DNA from: an uncultured Phycisphaera sp.
Lineage (GTDB): Bacteria; Planctomycetota; Phycisphaerae; UBA1845
Length of the DNA stretch: 64,000 nucleotides
Direction: 5' to 3'
Assembly (NCBI GenBank): GCA_964486335.1
Contig: CAZAMB010000001.1
Coordinates: forward strand, 231,979 to 295,978
Each line of letters begins with the position of its first letter. Position 1 is the stretch's first letter. The notes under the pieces were generated by a model. It saw nothing but the letters and a program-made list of their open reading frames with translations, had not been told where the DNA came from and searched no databases. The position numbers and the translations under genes were made by a program. Shown here one piece after another: positions 9,834 to 17,610 of the stretch.

Positions 9834-12800
9834 ATGACCTCTTCCGTCGATTTCATTGGTCGGATGTTCTTTGTGTGCGTTGGTGTCGCCGTGGCCCGAT
9901 CCGCGCCGCCTTCCCAATGGTCCGATCGGCTCCAGGATCATGCAACGACATCCGTGGCGAGCCTGACGGTGAAACAATCCTTGGCATCCGTCCCAGGCGC
10001 GACGGTCAGCCTCGTCCCGGTTCAACCCTACGTTTCTCTCAATTATGTCTACCCGCCCGGGACGACGATCAATGGCAACACCATCACGCTGGGCTCGGTT
10101 CCCGCGCGAGTGTGGATCGAAGTCCACATCACCGGCTGGCCCGCCGACCCGGGTCTTCGTACCCATCAGGTCTCGATCAATTTATCCGAGCTGAGCGGTG
10201 CAGGCGTTGATTGTCAGGGTGTCCTCGTGCAAAGCGCCAACCTGACCCTCGCGGTCGCACCGTGTACAACCCGCTTCGATTGCCGGACGGCCCTGAGCGG
10301 CACCGCTCCGTGTTGGGACATGTTCCCATCGCTTTGCGTTGCCGGGTTTTGCGAGGCCGGTTTTCAGAACCGATGCCACCCCCGCTGGTTCCAGCCGGGG
10401 GGTCTTTTTGAGCCCAATTTCCTTCCGATTTGCTATCCGAACTTCTGTCGTTTCGGGGGCACTACTGAGGCGAGCGACCCTGTCATCGATTACCATCCGA
10501 CCTACATCGGTACGATGGTGATCGACGTTCCGGCGGGCGCGAAGGGGACGTATTCGATTGACATCGATCCGGCTCAATCCTTTTTTCAGGATGCTGGACT
10601 GCCGATTGCAAACAGCATTCCCATCGAAACGTTTCAATCCGCGATCATCAACGTCCCATGCGGGCGATGCTGCTTTGGATACGGATCGGAATCCGTAGAT
10701 TGCGTGGATCGTGTGTCCACCGAAGAATGCGCCGCACAACCCGCAGGCACCGTCTTTCAACCCGACGAGCTATGCCCTGCCCATGGCGGGCCGCCCTGCC
10801 CCGATTGCGCCACCTACGCCGATTGCGATGACGAACTCGTCTGTACGATCGACTTTTGCCAGCCCGCGGATCATTCCTGCCTGCACGTCGTCGAGCATGC
10901 CATCTGCGACAACGGCCTGTTCTGCGACGGCGCGGAGGTCTGCGACCCTGTCGTCGGTTGTTCGGCCGGTGAACCGCCGTGCCCGGGTCCGTGTGACGAG
11001 GCGCTGGATCAATGCATGGCCACAGAAATCCCCACCGCCAGCGCATGGGGCCTCGTTGTGCTTGCGCTCATTCTCACCACCGCCGCCAAGCTGCGATTCC
11101 GAGGGTTTGGCGCTGCCACTGTCGTTTTGCTTTTCTTGGCCGTGCCCGCGTTCGGCGGGGCGACGGTCAGCTTCGTACCCGTTCCGCCGAGGTCCTCGCC
11201 TCCTTCCGATTATCCTCCGGGCACCACGATCGTTGGCAACGAGATCCGCCTCGGCTCCGTTCCCGCAAGGGTCTGGCTGGAGATCTATGTCACCGGCTGG
11301 CCTGCGGCACCGGGGGTTCGCACGGCACAAGTGACGATCGACTCTTTTGGCTACTACCCCAACCCGTCGCAATGCATCGGTACTCAGTTGATCGGCAGTC
11401 ATCTGTTTTGGGCCGAAGAGTCATGCATCCCGGGGAACGCAGGACGCGTTGCCTGTTCTGCAGCGCTTGCGGGCGGCGGATGCTTTACTTTTCAGAGCGG
11501 GTGCTGGGCGGGGATCAACATTTGTGAATCCGGCTTTCTGGATCGTTGTCACCCACGTTGGATCGCGTCGGGCGTTCCCCATGTTGCGGCCGTGGGAATG
11601 AGTTCCCTTGATTGGGCTTACGGCGTTTCAGCAGATCCGGGCCGAGTTCTTGTTGATTTTCAGCCAAGTTATCTGGGAACACTGGTGCTCGACGTCGATG
11701 CGAATGCAAAAGGAAGCTATACCATCGGATTTGTTGCGATCCAGACTTTCTTGCAGGACGCTACGGTTCCATTTCCTCAAGAGGTCCCCATTGACTCGCT
11801 GAACGCGGCCACGATCGTCGTCCCTTGCGGTCGATGCTGCTATGGATTCAGCGAAGATGAGGCCCAATGCGTGGACGACGTTTCCGCCAACGAATGTGCG
11901 GGCTTTCCGGCCAGCGCGGTGTTTCAAGCCGATGAACGATGTCCGGCGGGCGGCGGGTCGCCGTGTCCCCAATGTGCGCTCGATGAACATTGTGCCGACG
12001 GGTTGTTCTGCAATGGTTCCGACGTTTGCGATGACAACGGTGTCTGCGGTCCCGGTGCATCACCCTGCGAAAGCTACGAAGTGTGCAACGAGGAGTCCGA
12101 CTCCTGCTCGCCGCGCATTCCGACGGTTAGCGCCTGGGGCCTCGTCGTCCTCGCATTGTTGCTATTTACAACCGCCAAACTCAGATTCCGGCGCGTCGGC
12201 GCGTCGGTCGTTTTTCTGTTTGGCTTGACCGTCCCCGCGTTCGCCGGTCCGACCGTCAGCCTCGTCCCGGTTCCACCAAAAACAATCCCCCCTTCCGATT
12301 ACCCTCCGGGCACAACGATCGTCGGCAACGAAATTCGCCTCGGCTCCGTTCCCGCGCGGGTTTGGTTTGAGGTTTATGTAACTGGGTGGGAACCGAATTT
12401 GGTCAACTTTGCGGGAGCCAGTCTTGATTTTCCACTGAGGGGTACCACGGAGTCCTGCGGAGGCGCCGAAACGGCGGGCGAACTTGTTTGGTTTGCGAAT
12501 CAGTCATGTTCTTCGGGTAGTGATTGCCTGAGGGCCTTACAAGGCAGAACGACTCCATGCGCGACGGGGTACTTGCCCCGTTGCTCCTTCGGCGGCTATT
12601 GTGAAACATATTTCCAGGATCGGTGTCACCCGCAGTGGATTGGAACAGGGCTGGAAAACGTCCTAAGTGGCATTGATCCGGATTTTAATGCATTCCAAGC
12701 CTACATTGAGCCACCGAACTTCATAGTGGATTTGCATCCGAGTTATCTTGGGACAGCCGTCGTGGACTTTCCGCCGGGCGCCATGGGCACTTATACGGTG

Positions 12801-13148
12801 GGATACGGCAACTTCGCAACTTACTTGGCCAATACGGGCTCCAACCCGACTCAATATTATCTATATGAAACGATGATTCCCGCAACGATTGTCGTCCCCT
12901 GCGGCCGATGTTGCTACGGAATCGCGGATTCATCGGACCGGGAGTGCATTGATACGATAACCGAGCCGGATTGTGCAGCGCTGGGCCCTGATTCAGTTTT
13001 TGAGGAAAACATGCTTTGCCCAGCGTCGGGAGGTCCACCCTGCTCGCCGCGCATTCCGACGGTCAGTGCATGGGGGCTCGTCATGCTTGCGCTCATTCTT
13101 ACCACCGCCGCCAAGCTGCGATTCCGGAATCCGATCGCCGGCGCCTGA
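9834..13148 (+). CDS. three-module Cys-rich surface-protein precursor; each module ends in an IPTL-CTERM-like sorting tail
   Basis: Single uninterrupted frame (track ORF 9831..13148). ATG 9834 is preferred because of the AAGGAG site 7 nt upstream. There is an N-terminal signal-like segment (MFFVCVGVAVARS). Conserved blocks recur three times: GSVPARVW.E..(I/V)TGW, RCHP(R/Q)W, (H/Q)P(T/S)Y(I/L)GT, VPCGRCC(F/Y)G and IPT(A/V)SAWGLV..LAL..T.AKLRFR. Confidence 0.75.
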   Translation: MTSSVDFIGRMFFVCVGVAVARSAPPSQWSDRLQDHATTSVASLTVKQSLASVPGATVSLVPVQPYVSLNYVYPPGTTINGNTITLGSVPARVWIEVHITGWPADPGLRTHQVSINLSELSGAGVDCQGVLVQSANLTLAVAPCTTRFDCRTALSGTAPCWDMFPSLCVAGFCEAGFQNRCHPRWFQPGGLFEPNFLPICYPNFCRFGGTTEASDPVIDYHPTYIGTMVIDVPAGAKGTYSIDIDPAQSFFQDAGLPIANSIPIETFQSAIINVPCGRCCFGYGSESVDCVDRVSTEECAAQPAGTVFQPDELCPAHGGPPCPDCATYADCDDELVCTIDFCQPADHSCLHVVEHAICDNGLFCDGAEVCDPVVGCSAGEPPCPGPCDEALDQCMATEIPTASAWGLVVLALILTTAAKLRFRGFGAATVVLLFLAVPAFGGATVSFVPVPPRSSPPSDYPPGTTIVGNEIRLGSVPARVWLEIYVTGWPAAPGVRTAQVTIDSFGYYPNPSQCIGTQLIGSHLFWAEESCIPGNAGRVACSAALAGGGCFTFQSGCWAGINICESGFLDRCHPRWIASGVPHVAAVGMSSLDWAYGVSADPGRVLVDFQPSYLGTLVLDVDANAKGSYTIGFVAIQTFLQDATVPFPQEVPIDSLNAATIVVPCGRCCYGFSEDEAQCVDDVSANECAGFPASAVFQADERCPAGGGSPCPQCALDEHCADGLFCNGSDVCDDNGVCGPGASPCESYEVCNEESDSCSPRIPTVSAWGLVVLALLLFTTAKLRFRRVGASVVFLFGLTVPAFAGPTVSLVPVPPKTIPPSDYPPGTTIVGNEIRLGSVPARVWFEVYVTGWEPNLVNFAGASLDFPLRGTTESCGGAETAGELVWFANQSCSSGSDCLRALQGRTTPCATGYLPRCSFGGYCETYFQDRCHPQWIGTGLENVLSGIDPDFNAFQAYIEPPNFIVDLHPSYLGTAVVDFPPGAMGTYTVGYGNFATYLANTGSNPTQYYLYETMIPATIVVPCGRCCYGIADSSDRECIDTITEPDCAALGPDSVFEENMLCPASGGPPCSPRIPTVSAWGLVMLALILTTAAKLRFRNPIAGA
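11028..11105 (+). other. internal IPTL-CTERM-like sorting tail, copy 1
   Basis: IPTASAWGLVVLALILTTAAKLRFRG has a polar signature, a hydrophobic helix and a basic cluster. It is followed directly by the signal-like segment FGAATVVLLFLAVPAFG-G. Confidence 0.6.
12117..12194 (+). other. internal IPTL-CTERM-like sorting tail, copy 2
   Basis: IPTVSAWGLVVLALLLFTTAKLRFRR is followed directly by the signal-like segment VGASVVFLFGLTVPAFA-G. Confidence 0.6.
13053..13130 (+). other. terminal IPTL-CTERM-like sorting tail, copy 3
   Basis: IPTVSAWGLVMLALILTTAAKLRFRN lies 6 residues from the true C-terminus. Confidence 0.6.
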
Positions 13149-13370
13149 CGCGCATGCCCCAACTCGTCCCGCCAACGGGCCGCTTCCGAGAACAGCAAAC
13201 TCGCCGCTGCGCGCGACCCTCAGCCTTCCCTCCCTCCGCAAGGAAGGATACAGGAGAGTCGGTGACCTGCTCTCGGCAACCACGGCCATGCGTTTCTTTG
13301 GCGCTGCGGCCTGATCGATGGCCACGCAATTGACGCTGTCGAGCACGCGATTAGACTTCACGTCCGGCAC

Positions 13371-13454
13371 GCCCGGGTGGCGGAATTGGCAGACGCGCAA
13401 GCTTGAGGTGCTTGTGTCCGTTAGGACGTGGAGGTTCGAGTCCTCTCTCGGGCA
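13371..13454 (+). tRNA. tRNA-Leu (anticodon GAG)
   Basis: Hand-folded cloverleaf. The acceptor stem gcccggg/ctcgggc has one G-U pair. The anticodon stem is caagc/gcttg with loop ttGAGgt. The long variable arm is gtcc-gtta-ggac and the T loop is ttcgagt. The discriminator is A and CCA is not encoded. Confidence 0.9.
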
Positions 13455-13531
13455 ATGGAATCAACGCTGGTGGAGGATTGGAATCCGTCGGACCGTCGGC
13501 TTCACCGGGCATCGATGAGTCAACTTCGTTC

Positions 13532-14116
13532 ATGAACGCCTTCCTCGGCCAACAAAAAACGATCGACCCGCCGCTGACCCTGGAATCGTTCAACCCGGCC
13601 CACGCTCCGCTCATCGCCGGTTGGGTGCGGACCGCCAACGAACTTTGGCAGCTCGCGCCGAGCACGCCGCCTCCGCTCACCCCCGAAAAAATCCTGAAAT
13701 GGCCCAAGCCGGGCGGGCAGGCGTTCATCGGCCGAACCGCCGATCGGCCTGCCCCGATCGCCTACGGCGAACTCAACCCCATGCGCGTCGAAAGGGATCA
13801 ATACTGGCTTGGGCATGTGATCGTCGACCCGCAGGTTCGAGGCGTCGGGCTGGGCCGGCGCTTCGTGGAATTGCTCGTCGCCGAGGCCTTCGAGGAACGT
13901 GCTGCCCGCCGCATTCTGCTGGTCGTGTTTCCTGACAACCCCGCCGCGATTCGATGCTATGAGCGCGTCGGCTTCCTTCGCGCCGGAGAGGAACGCCATC
14001 GCTTTTCGACCGGCGGACCGCTTTTCTCCCTGCTGCGCCTGGAGCTTTCCATTCCGCCTCGTCGCCCGCCCCAGAGCGCAAAATCCGCCAACGAGACTGC
14101 TTTTTTGGCGCGGTGA
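13532..14116 (+). CDS. GNAT family N-acetyltransferase
   Basis: Frame from ATG 13532, because the track ORF start overlaps the tRNA. The acetyl-CoA-binding-type motif HVIVDPQVRGVGLGRRFVELLV and the later NPAAIRCYERVGF are typical of GNAT proteins. Confidence 0.8.
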   Translation: MNAFLGQQKTIDPPLTLESFNPAHAPLIAGWVRTANELWQLAPSTPPPLTPEKILKWPKPGGQAFIGRTADRPAPIAYGELNPMRVERDQYWLGHVIVDPQVRGVGLGRRFVELLVAEAFEERAARRILLVVFPDNPAAIRCYERVGFLRAGEERHRFSTGGPLFSLLRLELSIPPRRPPQSAKSANETAFLAR

Positions 14117-14212
14117 CTTTTTTTCATTTCGAGGCGCACCGTGGGTCCGTTCCTCGGTGGATTCAACCCGATGTCCGTCGTCTGGTCCGAAACGCGCTCG
14201 ATCGTCCGGTGA

Positions 14213-14440
14213 TTAACGGGAGCTGGCCGCACTATTGTCCGACACCGATGGCTCGGGCGCGGCCGCGGCGAAGATCCCATCGATAAACCCGTTGACAATC
14301 AGCGTAACGCCCTGGTGAAAGGCCGGTCCCGCCGCCGCGCGAAAATCACGCCCTACTTCGCACCCCGTGGCCGCCACCGATGCCCCGCCCACCAGAAACC
14401 CGATTCCCATCGATCGAACGATCTTTGAACGGCAGTTCAT
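14213..14440 (-). CDS. small putative lipoprotein
   Basis: The internal start MNCRSKIVRSMGIGFLVGGASVAATGC carries a lipobox-like ATGC. The 75-aa product has no recognised family. Confidence 0.35.
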   Translation of the reverse strand: MNCRSKIVRSMGIGFLVGGASVAATGCEVGRDFRAAAGPAFHQGVTLIVNGFIDGIFAAAAPEPSVSDNSAASSR

Positions 14441-14757
14441 TCCCAATTCTCCCGTTTGTTCACGAGTTCTAAATCTTCGCCAAACCCGTTCGCTATCGAC
14501 ACGGCGATTGAACCGGCGTGAGGTCGTCTCTTCCTGCGCAAGGTCATGCACCGTCTTCGCAGCGCAACTTCCGCGCGTGACCCATCGCGCTCGCTTCCCT
14601 TGGGAAAAATCTCGCTTGGCGCTACTGAAATCGCGGTTTTTTTGCCCTGCAGAGGCGGCTTACGGACCATCGAGGCAATTGCCTTTTTGGCCTCGGCAAC
14701 CTACGATGGCAGGTCTCGACAAGAGTTCGGTTGAATCCGGGAACAAGGCGAACGAAC

Positions 14758-15543
14758 ATGCCACTCGAACACAACCATCTGCTTGCGATCCCGGTGTTCA
14801 ATGAGCAGGCGCATGTCACCGGCGTCCTCGATCAGGCCCGGCAGTTCAGCAGCAATATCCTCGTCATTGATGACGGCTCGACCGACGCCACGCCCACCCT
14901 GCTCGCCGATTATCCGAATATTCAGATCATGACCCACGCCGAGAATCGCGGTTACGGTAAGAGCATCGCCGATGCGTTTCGCTTCGCCATCCGAGGCCGA
15001 TTTCGCTGGCTGGTCACCATGGATTGCGATGAGCAGCACGAAGCTTCGCGGATTCCCGCGTTTCTGGCGGCCGCCGCCGATGACGATGCCGACATTATCA
15101 GCGGCACGCGCTACCCCGGCGGGTTCGACGGCGATGAGTTCGCTCCGGCCGATCGCCGGGAAATCAATCGGCGGATTACCGCAAAGTTAAACGAACGCCT
15201 CGGTTTGAACATCACCGACGCGTTTTGCGGATTCAAGGCCTATCGCGTCGAGTCCCTTTCCGCGCTGACCATTTCCGTGCCGGGATACGCCATGCCGATG
15301 CAGCTTTGGGTGCAGGCGTCCCGGGCCGGCCTTCGCATTCGCGAACTGCCCATCCGCTTGATCTACAACGACCCGAACCGGCACTTCGGCGGTTTGTTGG
15401 ACGATCCCGACGTGCGGCTTCAACACTATCAGAGTGTGCTCGAAAGCGAACTGCTCCGCGAGCACTCTTGGAGCCGCTGCACGGGTGCGTCGACTGCCCC
15501 TCGCTGCCGGCCCACCGACCCATGCTCGACCCTCTCCGATTGA
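14758..15543 (+). CDS. family 2 glycosyltransferase (polyprenol-phosphate sugar transferase-like)
   Basis: AIPVFNEQAHV..ILVIDDGSTDAT..ENRGYGKS..VTMDCDEQH are typical GT2 (DPM1/ArnC-like) blocks. The start could be ATG 14758 or 14731. Confidence 0.85.
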   Translation: MPLEHNHLLAIPVFNEQAHVTGVLDQARQFSSNILVIDDGSTDATPTLLADYPNIQIMTHAENRGYGKSIADAFRFAIRGRFRWLVTMDCDEQHEASRIPAFLAAAADDDADIISGTRYPGGFDGDEFAPADRREINRRITAKLNERLGLNITDAFCGFKAYRVESLSALTISVPGYAMPMQLWVQASRAGLRIRELPIRLIYNDPNRHFGGLLDDPDVRLQHYQSVLESELLREHSWSRCTGASTAPRCRPTDPCSTLSD

Positions 15544-17069
15544 AAACGCCGCCCAATCATGGCGACGTGTTGATCGCGCCGGCTCCCGCCCTCATGGCGG
15601 CGGACGTCGAAAAAAACGCGACTTGTCTTGCCGCATGCACAACGAAATGCGGCCATGCCGCCATCGCCGAATGGCGGCACGCGACCCGCAGATCCGTGCC
15701 GGGCGAGGGGACCGGTCCGATCGTCGTTTTCGGCCATCAGCCCGAGTGGATCCACGCCGGTGTCTGGGCAAAGCATGTCGTCGTCGATCGAATGGCTCGC
15801 GCGCTCGGCGGACGGGCGATCAACCTGGTCGTCGACCACGATACCCCCAGGCAAACCGACCTTCGCGTTCCCGTGGTCTCCGGATCGGCGCTGTCGGTTC
15901 GCAACATCAGCGTCCCGGCCTTAACCTCGATCAAACCTTTCGAGCTTTGCCCCGCGATGGCGTCAGGCGAGTTGGACCAACTTCGCGACGAAGTGCGGGC
16001 CGCCATGGGCGATCGCTTCGATGCTTCGCTCATGCCGCTGCTGTTTGAAGGCCTTTTCAATGCTGAAAACCCACATGGCTGGGTCGACCAGTTGATCGAA
16101 GGGCGACGGCGCGTGGAGGCAGCGCTTGGTCTGACCATTCGCGATGTGCGCGTGAGTCAGGCGTGGTGGTCGCCGCTGTTGGTTCATCTTCTGACGGAGG
16201 CCGACCGCTTCGCCCGTGACTACAACGAGGCCCTGGCGTGGTACCGCGCCGCGAATCGCGTGCGCGGCGCGCGTCGTCCGATCCCCGATCTCGTGAGGCA
16301 GAATGAACGCATCGAAGTACCCCTGTGGGGATTCCGCGACGATGGTCGCCGGCGGCGCATCTTCGTCGCTCGCCAGGCATCGACCGTCACGATCATGGCC
16401 GAACGGGATACCGTCTTTTCGACAACACTGGACCAAATGGAGGCACAACCAGACGCCGTTTCCTTCATTGGGGAAAAATCCGGCTGGCGCATTCGTCCCC
16501 GAGCGTTAACCCTAACACTCTGGGCCCGGTTGTTCCTCGCCGACACATTCATCCACGGAATCGGCGGCGCGAAATACGATCGGATCACCGATCGGATCAT
16601 CGAGCGCCATTTCGGAACCGACCCGCCGGCCACAGCGTGTGTCTCCGCTACCCTGCACGCCGTCCCGGATTGGCAACCCCGCGCGACGGACGCACCTTCT
16701 TTGATTCGGCGAAAGATACGCGACCTGGGCTGGAATCCGCAGCGGCATGGCGCGGACACCCAAGCCGATCCGTCCCTCATGGCGGCCCGCGCCGCCGCCG
16801 TTCAGCGGTCAATCTCGCTCCGCGCGAATGACCATCGAAATCGCTCGGCGAGGCGAGCGAACTTTGACGAAATCCGACGATTGAATCGAGTGCTGGCCGC
16901 CGCGTCGGATCGGTTGAGGGATTACAATCAACTCCTTCGAGAATCGCTGGTTCAGCAAGGCGAATCCGCTATCGCGCGCGACCGCGAGTATTTCTTTGCC
17001 CTTCACTCCCAATCGGAACTGGAAGCGCTTCACCGGGCCCTTCCCGATATCAGCGATTTTCGAGTATAG
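15522..17069 (+). CDS. hypothetical protein with BshC-like motifs
   Basis: The frame from ATG 15522 overlaps the GT2 stop by 22 nt. VVFGHQPEWIHAGVWAKH..LVVDHDT and RPRALTLTLWARLFLADTFIHGIGGAKYD resemble the GGQQ..EDHD and RP..L..GGPGE.SYW blocks of BshC (YllA). The match is at motif level only. Confidence 0.55.
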   Translation: MLDPLRLKTPPNHGDVLIAPAPALMAADVEKNATCLAACTTKCGHAAIAEWRHATRRSVPGEGTGPIVVFGHQPEWIHAGVWAKHVVVDRMARALGGRAINLVVDHDTPRQTDLRVPVVSGSALSVRNISVPALTSIKPFELCPAMASGELDQLRDEVRAAMGDRFDASLMPLLFEGLFNAENPHGWVDQLIEGRRRVEAALGLTIRDVRVSQAWWSPLLVHLLTEADRFARDYNEALAWYRAANRVRGARRPIPDLVRQNERIEVPLWGFRDDGRRRRIFVARQASTVTIMAERDTVFSTTLDQMEAQPDAVSFIGEKSGWRIRPRALTLTLWARLFLADTFIHGIGGAKYDRITDRIIERHFGTDPPATACVSATLHAVPDWQPRATDAPSLIRRKIRDLGWNPQRHGADTQADPSLMAARAAAVQRSISLRANDHRNRSARRANFDEIRRLNRVLAAASDRLRDYNQLLRESLVQQGESAIARDREYFFALHSQSELEALHRALPDISDFRV

Positions 17070-17154
17070 TGATGTCCGATCGGATCGGACGCCCGCTCGC
17101 GACCAGACTTTAGGAGCGTTGGTTGTGCGGGTGTCGCCTCAAGGAGAAATCGTC

Positions 17155-17550
17155 ATGCCGGATGATGGACCTCAGGCCGGGAAACTCCACATTGACAGCG
17201 ATTGGAAGACCGAAGCCGCTCGTGAAAAGCAGCGGCTCGCCGAGCAGGAAAAACAGCGGCCCTCCGCGGCCGATGCCCGGGCATCCACCGGATTCGTTGA
17301 ACTGCTCAACATGCTGGCGATGCAGGCGGTGATCGGATTGGGCGGGTACCAGGGACCCGGCGGCGAGCGGATTCCGCCGAACCCCGCGGCCGCCAAGCAT
17401 CACATCGATCTGCTCGAAGTGCTCGAAAAGAAAACCGCCGGCAACCTGACGGAGGAGGAGAAGCGTACCCTGGACAGCGTGCTCTACGAATTGCGCATGC
17501 AATACGTTCAAGTTGTGGGAGCCACTCGCGGCGCGGGACCGAAGGCCTGA
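17155..17550 (+). CDS. DUF1844 domain protein
   Basis: An AAGGAG site lies 8 nt upstream of ATG 17155. KLHIDSDWK..FVELLNMLAMQAVIGLG..AAAKHHIDLLEVLEKKTAGNLTEEE..L..VLYELRMQYV matches my memory of DUF1844. Confidence 0.75.
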   Translation: MPDDGPQAGKLHIDSDWKTEAAREKQRLAEQEKQRPSAADARASTGFVELLNMLAMQAVIGLGGYQGPGGERIPPNPAAAKHHIDLLEVLEKKTAGNLTEEEKRTLDSVLYELRMQYVQVVGATRGAGPKA

Positions 17551-17610
17551 TCGCCCGTCAAACTCCGTTCAACAATGCGTGGATCATGATGGCATCCATT
17601 CCGTCTCAGG

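Larger units (their letters stand above)
9834..13148 (+). repeat. in-frame triplication of a roughly 320-425-aa coding unit (units about 9834-11105, 11106-12194, 12195-13148)
   Basis: Protein-level repeats are listed in the CDS entry. DNA-level near-identity also exists. Segment 11061-11101 matches 13086-13126 with 1 mismatch in 41 nt. The stretch tgctcgccgcgcattccgacggt at 12105 recurs at 13041. Confidence 0.8.

Noticed and set aside
9834-13148. Periodic repeats that could suggest a CRISPR-like or non-coding tandem array.
   Set aside because: The repeat period is about 1 kb. The repeats are in frame and conserved at the protein level, and there is no short repeat/spacer structure. This is a coding triplication.
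13371-14116. tRNA-Leu genes (13371 and 31315) as possible integration sites of genomic islands.
   Set aside because: No integrase, no direct repeat of a tRNA 3' end, and no phage or conjugation genes were seen on either side.
15225-15521. An N-terminal 99-codon extension of track ORF 15225..17069, which would give a 614-aa protein.
   Set aside because: The extension lies entirely inside the GT2 gene in another frame and is Arg/Pro-rich. The internal ATG at 15522 gives a sensible N-terminus with a short 22-nt overlap.
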